Positions 29,140 to 38,243 are shown, counted from the stretch's first letter. The stretch: 55,444 nt of DNA from an uncultured Gammaproteobacteria bacterium (GCA_964429215.1 CAYSAY010000006.1:1-55444); one strand, 5' to 3'. Notes: generated from the letters alone by a model not told the origin. Translations and numbers: made by a program.

Positions 29140-30537
29140 ATGAACAACTTAATTAATCGCATGAAAGGTGTCATGAAAAATGAGTATTTTATTTTGGTGA
29201 TCATTTTGTTGTTAGGATTTGCAGTCCGACTATATAAAATTGATAATCCTATTGCAGACTGGCATTCTTGGCGCCAAGCAGATACTGCTGCAGTTTCTAG
29301 AAACTTTGTTAAAAGTGGAATAAATATGTTTTATCCTACTTATGATGATGTAAGTAGTATACAAAGTGGTAAAGACAATCCAACAGGGATAAGAATGGTT
29401 GAATTTCCTATATATAACGCAATGCATGCTCTATTATTCAAGACTTTTGGTACATTTAGCTTAGAGAAATGGGGAAGATTGTTGACTGCATTTATTTCCT
29501 TAGTAACTGCGTTCTTTTTATATTTATTAGGTAAAAAACATTATTCATCTAAAGTTGGTTTATTATCTGCATTTTTTTACCTTTTACTTCCTTTTAATGT
29601 TTATTTTACAAGAGTAGTTTTGCCTGACCCAATTGGTGTTATGTTTGCGGTCTCGGGACTATACTTTTTTGGTATATCTAATGTATTTTCTGCATTACTC
29701 TTTGCCTTAGCACTTCTGCAAAAACCTTTTTTTGCGGTTTATTTGATACCTTTGATTCCAGATTTCTTAAAAAAGGAAAAATTAAAGACTAATTTAATAT
29801 TTTCTATATTAGCTTTTTCACCTTTTGTGATTTGGCGTTATTGGACTGGAATTCATCCTGAAGGTATACCTTTTTATGAATGGGCGTTTAATGGAGATAG
29901 AATAAGATTTCATCCTGCCTTTTTCAGGTGGTTATTTGGAGAGAGAATTGGAATATTGATCTTAGGTACTTGGGGACTTGTGCCTTTTGCTTTTGGGATA
30001 ATGAGAAAATTAAAAAACAAGTTTAGTATATTATTTTTACTTTCAAGTCTTATATATTTAGTAGTTGTTGCTACAGCAAATGTTAGACATGATTATTATC
30101 AAATATTAATTATTCCATCAATTGCTATGACTTTGGCGTTGGGAACTACATGGCTATTTAAAAGGTCAAAGATTTTACTTGTCTTAAGTTTAGTTACTAT
30201 GTTTTTATTAAGTTGGGATAGAATAAAACCTTTTTACCAAGTTAACCATCCAGAACTTATGGTAGTAGGAAAAATAGTTGATGAGACACTCCCTAAGGAC
30301 GCTAAAATAGTCATTCCTTATAATGGAGATACTGCTTTTTTGTATCAAACCAATAGAAAAGGGTGGCCTGCAGTAGATAATTCAATTGATAATATAATAG
30401 AGAGAGGTGCTGACTATTATGTCTCTATAGATTTAGGAAGTACAGACACTGTAAACTTCTCCAAAAGATTTGAGACTGTTGCTAGAACAAATCAGTACAT
30501 AATCTTGGATTTACACAAGGAAATAATTTCAAAATGA
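29140..30537 (+). CDS. GT-C fold membrane glycosyltransferase (family 39/ArnT-like)
   Basis: 465 aa. VRLYKIDNPIADWHSWRQADTAAVSRNF first-loop motif, many TM segments, soluble C-terminal domain. Confidence 0.65.
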   Translation: MNNLINRMKGVMKNEYFILVIILLLGFAVRLYKIDNPIADWHSWRQADTAAVSRNFVKSGINMFYPTYDDVSSIQSGKDNPTGIRMVEFPIYNAMHALLFKTFGTFSLEKWGRLLTAFISLVTAFFLYLLGKKHYSSKVGLLSAFFYLLLPFNVYFTRVVLPDPIGVMFAVSGLYFFGISNVFSALLFALALLQKPFFAVYLIPLIPDFLKKEKLKTNLIFSILAFSPFVIWRYWTGIHPEGIPFYEWAFNGDRIRFHPAFFRWLFGERIGILILGTWGLVPFAFGIMRKLKNKFSILFLLSSLIYLVVVATANVRHDYYQILIIPSIAMTLALGTTWLFKRSKILLVLSLVTMFLLSWDRIKPFYQVNHPELMVVGKIVDETLPKDAKIVIPYNGDTAFLYQTNRKGWPAVDNSIDNIIERGADYYVSIDLGSTDTVNFSKRFETVARTNQYIILDLHKEIISK

Positions 30538-31733
30538 AAATTTTAATGCTTTTGCCGTTTTTACCAATTGACCAGATGTCTGGTGGTCAGACTCGTTGGT
30601 ACCACTTAATTAAATTTTTATCTAAAAATCATGAAATTACTGTAATGTCTTTGATTAGAGGCGATAGAGAAAAAGAGTTAGCATATCTTCCTGAAATCGA
30701 AAAATATTGTGAGAAAGTTTTAGTTTTTGATAGACCTAAATCCCCTTGGACTTTTCGGAATTTATTTTTAACTTTAGTTACTTTTAATCCACTTGTTGTT
30801 ATTCGTAACTTTTCAATGGAGGAAAAAGCAGCAATTAAAAAAGAACTTGAAACCAATAAATATGATGTTATTCATGCCGAAACTTTTTATGTCATGCCCC
30901 ATATACCAAATACAAAAGTTCCAATAATTCTTGTTGAACCTACTATAGAATTTTCTGTTTATGGTCACTATGCAGAGAATGAAGTGCCTTGGATTTTGAG
31001 ATTTATTTATATGTTTGACGTTATTAAATTAAAATTTTGGGAAAAATATTATTGGAAAAGGGCAAGTAAATTATTTGCTGTTTCAGAGGAAGATAAACAA
31101 ATCATGGAAAAGGAGATGCCTGGAATTGATGTTGGGATAATACCTAATGGAGTTGATGTTAGCTATTTCGACCAAAAGAAAGTTGTAAAAAAGAAACCAC
31201 AGAGAATTTTGTATCATGGGGACTACAAATGGATGCAAAATGTAGAAGCGGTAAACATCCTTATTAAAGATATCTGGCCTTTAATAAAAAAAGAAGTAAA
31301 AGGATCAAAGCTTTGGATATCAGGAAGATCAATTCCTGAGAAAGTTAAAGAATTAACAAAAAATGATAGTGATATTGAAATCACTGAATCAATTAGGGAT
31401 AACAGGGATGTGTTTAAGGCGGCATCAGTGCTGGTTGTTCCTATAATGAGTCCTGGTGGAACTCGTCTAAAAGTTCTTGAAGCTATGGCAGCAGGTCTAC
31501 CTGTTGTATCTACTCCTGTTGGAGTTGCAGGACTTGATATTGTTTCTGGTACTCATGCACTTGTTTCTTCTGATGTTAAAGAATTGGCTGATATGGCTAT
31601 TAAAATATTAAAAAATAAAGATTTATCTAATAACCTTAGTAACTCTGGAAAAGATTTTGTTAAAAACAACTTTGATTGGAAGGCTATTGTGGATAAATTG
31701 GATGTTGTATATAAAGAATCTAAAAATAAATGA
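30534..31733 (+). CDS. GT-B fold glycosyltransferase (family 4)
   Basis: 399 aa. PFLPIDQMSGGQTR N-terminus; GGTRLKVLEAMAAGLPVVSTPVG C-terminal domain. Confidence 0.85.
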   Translation: MKILMLLPFLPIDQMSGGQTRWYHLIKFLSKNHEITVMSLIRGDREKELAYLPEIEKYCEKVLVFDRPKSPWTFRNLFLTLVTFNPLVVIRNFSMEEKAAIKKELETNKYDVIHAETFYVMPHIPNTKVPIILVEPTIEFSVYGHYAENEVPWILRFIYMFDVIKLKFWEKYYWKRASKLFAVSEEDKQIMEKEMPGIDVGIIPNGVDVSYFDQKKVVKKKPQRILYHGDYKWMQNVEAVNILIKDIWPLIKKEVKGSKLWISGRSIPEKVKELTKNDSDIEITESIRDNRDVFKAASVLVVPIMSPGGTRLKVLEAMAAGLPVVSTPVGVAGLDIVSGTHALVSSDVKELADMAIKILKNKDLSNNLSNSGKDFVKNNFDWKAIVDKLDVVYKESKNK

Positions 31734-32254
31734 AAATAGCAATTGATGCACGATTATATGGACCAGGACATACAGGAAATGGTAGATATACCATGATGTT
31801 AATTGATAATTTGACCAAGATCGATACTACTAATAAGTATTATGTTCTGCTTAGAAAAGAATATTTTGATAACCTTAATTTACCAAAAAACTTTAAGAAG
31901 ATTCTTGCAGATTTTAATCATTATTCTTTTGAAGAGCAAATTAAATTACCATTTATATTATATAAATTAAATATTGATCTTGTTCATTTTCCACATATAA
32001 ATGTTCCGGTATTCTACCGTGGTAATTATATTGTTACGATTCACGATTTAATTATGCACAAATTTAAAGGAGGATCAGCAACTACTAGGAAGTTCCCAAT
32101 TTATCAGATTTGGAGAATGGGCTATCATCTTGCTTTTGCAAAAGCTGTATATGGGGCAAATAAAATAATAGTACCAAGTCAGAGTGTCAAAAATGAAGTA
32201 ATTTCTTTTTATAAAATTCAACCGAATAAAGTGGAGGTAACTTATGAAGGGTGA
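31730..32254 (+). CDS. GT4 glycosyltransferase, N-terminal (acceptor) Rossmann domain only; first half of a split gene
   Basis: 174 aa. MKIAIDAR...HFPH...TIHDL...IIVPSQSVKNEV...KVEVTYEG then stop. Aligns by eye with the N-domain of the intact paralog at 23063..24148. Confidence 0.7.
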   Translation: MKIAIDARLYGPGHTGNGRYTMMLIDNLTKIDTTNKYYVLLRKEYFDNLNLPKNFKKILADFNHYSFEEQIKLPFILYKLNIDLVHFPHINVPVFYRGNYIVTIHDLIMHKFKGGSATTRKFPIYQIWRMGYHLAFAKAVYGANKIIVPSQSVKNEVISFYKIQPNKVEVTYEG

Positions 32255-32786
32255 TTACTTTGTCTTTGTGGGGAATGCGTATCCTCATAAAAATTTGGAA
32301 AGATTAGTTAAGGCAGTTGTAAAACTTAATGAAAAACAAAAGGTTGTATTAAAAATTTCATCTAGTAGGAATATTTTTACTGGAAGATTAGAAAAACTTA
32401 TTAAGAGCCAAAATTCTAGTAAATATATTGAGTTATTAGGATATGTATCAGATAGCGACCTTTCTAAGTTATATAAAAATTCTGTTGCATTTGTTTTTCC
32501 TACTCTTGCTGAAGGTTTTGGTTTGCCTCCACTTGAAGCTATTAGAGCAGGTACTTTGGCAGTCGTCTCAGATATACCTGTACTTAAAGAAGTATATCAA
32601 GATTCAGTTAATTATTTTGATCCCACAAGTATTGAATCGATTGCAAAAGAACTAGAAATAATTTTAAAAATGACAGCTGATGAAAGAAAGAAAAAAATAT
32701 TATTTGCACAGAATTATATTAAAAAGTATTCATGGCTTAAAATGGCAAAAGAAACACTTAAAATATATGAGGGGAATTCAAAATGA
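32244..32786 (+). CDS. GT4 glycosyltransferase, C-terminal (donor) Rossmann domain only; second half of a split gene
   Basis: 180 aa. DYFVFVGNAYPHKN...PTLAEGFGLPPLEAIRAGTLAVVSDIPVLKEV. ATG 32244 is preceded by GGAGG (32233-32237). Confidence 0.75.
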   Translation: MKGDYFVFVGNAYPHKNLERLVKAVVKLNEKQKVVLKISSSRNIFTGRLEKLIKSQNSSKYIELLGYVSDSDLSKLYKNSVAFVFPTLAEGFGLPPLEAIRAGTLAVVSDIPVLKEVYQDSVNYFDPTSIESIAKELEIILKMTADERKKKILFAQNYIKKYSWLKMAKETLKIYEGNSK

Positions 32787-33427
32787 AAAAGAAAACCTAT
32801 TTATATTCAGTTGTTTTAGTGCTTATTTTTCTAGCTACTATAATTGCTTTTTATTGGTTTTCTAAATCTCCATATTTTTTAAGTGTAGATACTTGGATTA
32901 AGGCAAATGTTGTTACTTATGTAATTTTTTTATTTTTATACAAAACTGTTGGTGTTTTATTTCCACCAATTCCTGGAGGATTAGTTACATTAGCATCTAT
33001 ACCTTTTTTGGGATGGATTAATGCTTATTTGATAGATTTTTTTGGAAGTATTTGCGGAGGAATAATTGCTTATTATTTAGCTAAGAAATATGGTCACCCA
33101 CTTTTGTTAAAAATTTTTGGAGAAGATATAGCAAGAAAGATCGAAAGTATTAAAGTAAAGAAAAATAGAGAAATTGAAGCTGTATTTACATATAGGTTGG
33201 CATTGGGAAGTACAATTCTTGAGGCTGTTTACTATGGAGCAGGTTTTTTAAAAATTGGGTTTAGAAATTTTTTGATCGGGAGTATTATCTCACATACACT
33301 GGTCGGAGTTCCTACCTTTTTTCTTGCCAGTAATATATTAAATGGTGAAAATATAATATTGACTGTGCTAATTACTATAGTTGGAATTGTTTTTGTCTTA
33401 TTTACAAAAGGGAGATATTTTGAATGA
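32783..33427 (+). CDS. DedA/TVP38-TMEM64 (VTT/SNARE-associated domain) family membrane protein
   Basis: 214 aa with 5-6 hydrophobic segments. VGVLFPPIPGG motif typical of the VTT domain. Confidence 0.6.
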   Translation: MKKKTYLYSVVLVLIFLATIIAFYWFSKSPYFLSVDTWIKANVVTYVIFLFLYKTVGVLFPPIPGGLVTLASIPFLGWINAYLIDFFGSICGGIIAYYLAKKYGHPLLLKIFGEDIARKIESIKVKKNREIEAVFTYRLALGSTILEAVYYGAGFLKIGFRNFLIGSIISHTLVGVPTFFLASNILNGENIILTVLITIVGIVFVLFTKGRYFE

Positions 33428-34590
33428 TTGAAACAGAGCTTGATAATCTTAAAATTGCAATTGTATATGATAGGGTAAATAAATTTGGTGGGGCGGAGAG
33501 AGTTCTTATGGCGCTTCATGAAATGTTTCCTGATGCACCACTTTACACTTCTGTATATGACAAAGAAAATGCTCCCTGGGCAAAGAATTTTCCTAGTGTG
33601 CATACTTCTTTTCTACAAAAAATTCCTATTTTAAGAAATTACCATGAATTAATGGGCTGGCTTATGCCATTAGCATTTGAACAATTCGATTTTAATGAAT
33701 ATGATGTTGTAATTTCAGTTACTTCAGAAGCGGCAAAAGGAATTATTACAAATTCCAACACTTTCCACTATTGTTATATATTAACTCCAACTAGATATCT
33801 TTGGAGTGGAAGAGATTTTTATTTAAATAATCCACCAAAAATATTTAAGATTTTCCCTTTCTATAAATATATTTCTTGGCCATTTCTTACTTATGTCAAA
33901 TGGTGGGATAAAGTGGCAAGCCAAAGGCCTGACAAAATTATTTCAATTTCAACCGAAGTACAAAAAAGAATTAAAAAATATTACGATCGAGATTCTGAAA
34001 TTATATTTCCTCCAGTTATTACGCCAGAAGTAGCATTAGTAAAACATCCAAAGGATGGTACATATTACTTTATTCATGGACGATTTGAACCATATAAAAG
34101 ACTTGATTTAATAATTGATACGTTTATTAATTTAGACTATCAGCTTGTAGTATCAGGAAGTGGTTCAGAATTTAATAAATACAAAGATAATAATTACAAA
34201 AATATAAAATTTATCGAAAAACCTTCAGACGCTGAATTATCAGATTTATATTTAAACGCAAAGGCATTTTTAATGCCACAAGATGAAGACTTTGGAATTA
34301 CATCAGTTGAAGCGCAAAGTTATGGTGTCCCTGTTATTGCTTTTCGAAGTGGTGGAGCGCTTGATACGGTAATTGAAAATAAAACTGGAGTTTTCTTTGA
34401 TAGGCAAAAAGTTGGTGATTTAAAGCAAGCAATTGCAAAATTTGATACAATGAGTTTTAATAGAGAGAACTTAATCAAAAATGCTGAAAAATTTAGCAAA
34501 GACCGATTCAAAAGAGAATTACAAAGATCACTTGTACGCTCTTATTCTAGCTGGAGGAGGGGGAACACGACTTTGGCCAAAATCACTTGA
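33424..34590 (+). CDS. GT-B fold glycosyltransferase (family 4)
   Basis: 388 aa. KIAIVYDRVNKFGGAERVL N-terminus; MPQDEDFGITSVEAQSYGVPVIAFRSGGALDTV..TGVFF. The last 30 or so codons overlap the next gene. Confidence 0.8.
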   Translation: MIETELDNLKIAIVYDRVNKFGGAERVLMALHEMFPDAPLYTSVYDKENAPWAKNFPSVHTSFLQKIPILRNYHELMGWLMPLAFEQFDFNEYDVVISVTSEAAKGIITNSNTFHYCYILTPTRYLWSGRDFYLNNPPKIFKIFPFYKYISWPFLTYVKWWDKVASQRPDKIISISTEVQKRIKKYYDRDSEIIFPPVITPEVALVKHPKDGTYYFIHGRFEPYKRLDLIIDTFINLDYQLVVSGSGSEFNKYKDNNYKNIKFIEKPSDAELSDLYLNAKAFLMPQDEDFGITSVEAQSYGVPVIAFRSGGALDTVIENKTGVFFDRQKVGDLKQAIAKFDTMSFNRENLIKNAEKFSKDRFKRELQRSLVRSYSSWRRGNTTLAKIT

Positions 34591-35623
34591 AAAAACTCCA
34601 AAACAATTTTTAAAAATATTTAATGGTAAGACCTTAGTCGAAGTGACAGGCGAAAGACTAAACAAATTGTTACCTTGGGAAAAAATATTTGTTGTTACTA
34701 CCTCGAAACCTTACGGAGATGAAATTAAAAAACTTTTGCCTAAAGTTCCAAAAGAAAATATTTTAGTAGAACCTGAGAGAAGAGATAGTGCAGCAGCACA
34801 TGCTCTTGGTGCTGTTTATATTTTAAATAAGGATCCAGAAGCTGTGATAATTAATGCAGCCTCAGATCATTTTGTTACTCCTCAATTAAATTATGAAAAA
34901 ACAATGCTTGCAGCTAGTAAATTTGCTTTTGAACAGAATGGGTTAATTGCAGTTGGTATTCGTCCTCAATATCCACATTCAGGACTAGGACATCTTAAAA
35001 AGGGTGAACGAGTTTCTACTTCAGAGGGAAGATTTGTATTTAAATTAGATAAATTCGTTGAAAAACCACCAATTGAAATTGCAAAAAAATATACAGAATC
35101 TGGTGAATATTTTTGGAATGCCAATCATTATGTGTGGAGAGCAGATAAATTTTTACAGGAAGTAAAAATGTATGCAAAAGTATTAGATGAAGGTATTTCA
35201 AAGATAGCCAAAAGCATTGGGACGAGTATAGAACAAAATACTATTGAGACTGAATATAAAAAGTTTGAAAAAATTTCAGTAGATTATGCGATATCTGAGA
35301 AATCAAAAGATTTTTATATGATAATTGCTGATTATAGCTGGACGGATATTGGAGATTGGAATGAGGTTTGGAAGAATTTACCAAAAGATGCATCTGGAAA
35401 CGTAATAATTACGAGTGGTGAAAAAGGTGGAGAAGTAATTAATATTGATACAACAGATGCTCTGATCCATTCTGATGGAAGATTAATAGCTGCAATTGAT
35501 GTTGATAATTTAATTATTGTTGATACCAAAGAAGCTCTTCTTATTTGTTCTAAAAGCCATGCTCAGTCAGTTAAAAAAATTGTTGAGAAGCTGAAAGAAG
35601 AGGGACGAAAAGAACTCCTTTAA
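34481..35623 (+). CDS. manC: mannose-1-phosphate guanylyltransferase-like sugar-phosphate nucleotidyltransferase (no C-terminal PMI/cupin domain)
   Basis: LILAGGGGTRLWPKS; EPERRDSAAA; YFWNANHYVW. The real start may be the in-frame TTG at 34532, which would shrink the 110-nt overlap. Confidence 0.8.
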   Translation: MLKNLAKTDSKENYKDHLYALILAGGGGTRLWPKSLEKTPKQFLKIFNGKTLVEVTGERLNKLLPWEKIFVVTTSKPYGDEIKKLLPKVPKENILVEPERRDSAAAHALGAVYILNKDPEAVIINAASDHFVTPQLNYEKTMLAASKFAFEQNGLIAVGIRPQYPHSGLGHLKKGERVSTSEGRFVFKLDKFVEKPPIEIAKKYTESGEYFWNANHYVWRADKFLQEVKMYAKVLDEGISKIAKSIGTSIEQNTIETEYKKFEKISVDYAISEKSKDFYMIIADYSWTDIGDWNEVWKNLPKDASGNVIITSGEKGGEVINIDTTDALIHSDGRLIAAIDVDNLIIVDTKEALLICSKSHAQSVKKIVEKLKEEGRKELL

Positions 35624-35627
35624 AATT

Positions 35628-36278
35628 ATGTTTTTTGAAATTACAAAAAGAATCATAGACGTTATTGCCTCATCAATATTATTAATAATATTTTTGCATG
35701 TAATGATTGTCACAGCAATTGCAATTAAAATTACTTCCCCTGGACCAATATTGGTTGAAAAAAACAATAAAACTGCACAACGAGTTGGTAAAAATGGAAA
35801 AATATTTTATCATTTTAAATTTAGATCAATGATGGTTAATGCTTATGAAATAATTAAAACCGATCCAAAATTTAAGAAACTTTATCTTGAGTATAAAAAT
35901 TCAAATTTTAAGCTACATAAAGATCCAAGGGTTACTAAAGTTGGTAAGTTTATTAGAAAATATTCAATTGATGAAACTCCACAATTTATAAATGTTTTAA
36001 AGGGTGAAATGAGCCTTGTAGGTCCTAGACCATGCTTTGTAGATGAACTTGAAGCTCAAAAGAAAAAATTTCCTGCATGTGAGAAATATATTAAGGAGAT
36101 GCTAAAAGTTAAGCCTGGTATTACTGGTTATTGGCAAGTTGAAGGTAGAAGTAATGTCAATTTTGACAAACGTGTTGAGATGGATGCATATTATGCAAGG
36201 AAAAGATCATTATTTTTTGATATATTAATAATTCTAAAAACACCTTGGGCTATGATAAGCGGTAGGGGTGCTGTATAA
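35628..36278 (+). CDS. small monotopic phosphoglycosyl transferase (bacterial sugar transferase, PglC/WbaP C-terminal domain type); priming enzyme
   Basis: 216 aa. One N-terminal re-entrant helix; ITSPGPILV; FKFRSM; DPRVTKVGKFIRKYSIDETPQFINVLKGEMSLVGPRP. Confidence 0.9.
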   Translation: MFFEITKRIIDVIASSILLIIFLHVMIVTAIAIKITSPGPILVEKNNKTAQRVGKNGKIFYHFKFRSMMVNAYEIIKTDPKFKKLYLEYKNSNFKLHKDPRVTKVGKFIRKYSIDETPQFINVLKGEMSLVGPRPCFVDELEAQKKKFPACEKYIKEMLKVKPGITGYWQVEGRSNVNFDKRVEMDAYYARKRSLFFDILIILKTPWAMISGRGAV

Positions 36279-36287
36279 TTTTTATAG

Positions 36288-38243
36288 ATGAATAATGATT
36301 CTGCCATTTTAATTCCAAAAATTGATCCTACTAAGGGTGATACATCTATTGAATCCAATATAATTGAGGTTAAGCGAAAAAGAAAAATAAAACCGATATT
36401 TATAATTATTCCTTCAATTATTGTAGTTATTGTTTTGTTAATAGCGATTCCTGCAATGTTGTTTTTGTCAAAGTTAAATACTGTTTATACAGATTTAAAA
36501 CCATTGGTTGCGACAATAAATATTGAAGATACTGTTAAATTAAAAACTGATTTGGAAACTATAAAAAAATCAGTTAATAGTTTAAAGAAGTCGTTTGCAT
36601 TAGTATCGTGGATGAAGATTTTTCCATATGCTGGAAAGTATGTAGAAGATTTTGATCATGCACTAAAAGCTGGTACTTATACATTAGATGCAGGGGATAT
36701 TACTTTAACGACAGTTGAACCATATTTAACAGTTTTAGGTTTTAAGGATGATGGAAAAGACAGTGGTCAGACATCGCAAGAGAGAATTGATTTTATAGTA
36801 AATTCTATACCTGAAATTTTGCCAAAAGCTGGTGAAATATCTGATAAATTTGTAAAAGCTGAAGAAGAATTAAATAATATTGATCCTAATGATTATCCTG
36901 AAAAATTTAGAAATATAGATCTTCGTGAAAAACTTAAAAAAGCACTTGAGTTATTTAAAGATGTTTCAAAATATGTGTCTGAGAGTAAACCATTGTTAGA
37001 GTCTGCACCGTATTTACTTGGTCTTGATAGTGATCGACAATATTTAGTACTTTTTCAGAATGACAAGGAGTTAAGACCAACTGGTGGATTTTTGACGGCT
37101 TACTCAATTATGAAAGTATCCAAAGCTAAATTTGAGCCTGTATCATCCGATGATATTTACAACTTAGACAGCAAATATAAACCATTTTTACCTGCTCCCG
37201 AGCCAATAGTAGATTTAATTAAAGGTCCTTATGTTTTGTCTCAAAATATACGTCTTCGTGATATGAATTATAGTCCTGACTTTAAAGTTGGCATGGATTT
37301 GTTTACTAAAGAGGCTGAAACTATTGGTTTAACTGGAATAGATGGAATAATTGCTGTGGATACTGGACTTTTGGTTAATTTACTTGATGCAATGGGCGAG
37401 ATTGGAGTTCCTGGATTTGGTAATTTTTCAACAAAAGTTGAACCAAAGTGCAACTGCCCACAAGTCATTTATGAACTAGAGAGCTTTGCCGATGTTGAAG
37501 GACCAATTATATGGGATCCAGTTACTGGAAAAATTATTTTGAGACCTAAAAATTCTGATAATAGAAAAAAGATAATAGGTCCTCTTATGAATTCAATCTT
37601 AGCTAATGCCTTTGGTGCCACAAAAGAAAAACTTCCAAAATTAGTTGAGGGCGTATTCAAATCTGTTACAGAGAAACATGTGCTGTTTTATTTATTTGAT
37701 GAAAGTGCCCAGAAGGCTGTAGAAGGATTTGGAATTGCAGGTAGAATTGAAGAATATACAAGCGGAGACTATCTGCATATTAGCGATTCTAATTTGGGAG
37801 GAAGAAAATCAAATTTATATGTTAAACAAGAAGTAGAACAAGAAATAGTCGCATTAAAGGATGGGATTTTAGAAAAAACTGTCACGATTACATATAAAAA
37901 TCCTGAAAAATTTGATGGTTGGTTAAATTCAGTTTTACCTAACTGGGTTAGAATTTATGTACCAGAAGATTCGAAGTTAGTCGCAGTAGAAGGATTGGAG
38001 AAAGAATATGAAACAGTTTCAGAATTAGGAAAAACTGTTTTTTCTGGTTACTTTAAATTGCGTCCTGAAGGTGTATCAAAAGTTACTTTTAAATATACAT
38101 TACCATTTAAAAAACCAGCTGATTTTAGAATGATGATACAGAAACAACCGGGTACAGATATGCCTTTATATACTGTGAGAACTTCTAAATATGAGGAGGA
38201 GTTTTTGTTAAAAACTGATAAGGAATTAAGAATAAAACTGTAA
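36288..38243 (+). CDS. DUF4012-domain membrane-anchored protein
   Basis: 651 aa. Single N-terminal TM helix. YLVLFQNDKELRPTGGFLTAYS motif, as I recall it for DUF4012 proteins found next to cell-envelope glycan loci. Confidence 0.65.
   Translation: MNNDSAILIPKIDPTKGDTSIESNIIEVKRKRKIKPIFIIIPSIIVVIVLLIAIPAMLFLSKLNTVYTDLKPLVATINIEDTVKLKTDLETIKKSVNSLKKSFALVSWMKIFPYAGKYVEDFDHALKAGTYTLDAGDITLTTVEPYLTVLGFKDDGKDSGQTSQERIDFIVNSIPEILPKAGEISDKFVKAEEELNNIDPNDYPEKFRNIDLREKLKKALELFKDVSKYVSESKPLLESAPYLLGLDSDRQYLVLFQNDKELRPTGGFLTAYSIMKVSKAKFEPVSSDDIYNLDSKYKPFLPAPEPIVDLIKGPYVLSQNIRLRDMNYSPDFKVGMDLFTKEAETIGLTGIDGIIAVDTGLLVNLLDAMGEIGVPGFGNFSTKVEPKCNCPQVIYELESFADVEGPIIWDPVTGKIILRPKNSDNRKKIIGPLMNSILANAFGATKEKLPKLVEGVFKSVTEKHVLFYLFDESAQKAVEGFGIAGRIEEYTSGDYLHISDSNLGGRKSNLYVKQEVEQEIVALKDGILEKTVTITYKNPEKFDGWLNSVLPNWVRIYVPEDSKLVAVEGLEKEYETVSELGKTVFSGYFKLRPEGVSKVTFKYTLPFKKPADFRMMIQKQPGTDMPLYTVRTSKYEEEFLLKTDKELRIKL

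Noticed and set aside
34481-34590. 110-nt overlap between the GT4 gene (33424..34590) and the ManC-like gene, which might be a meaningful dual-coding segment.
   Set aside because: It is most likely a start-codon artefact. The conserved ManC N-terminus (LILAGGGGTRLWP) begins just after an in-frame TTG at 34532. The GT4 tail beyond about residue 360 (RSLVRSYSSWRRGNTTLAKIT) looks non-conserved. The true overlap is probably about 59 nt or less.
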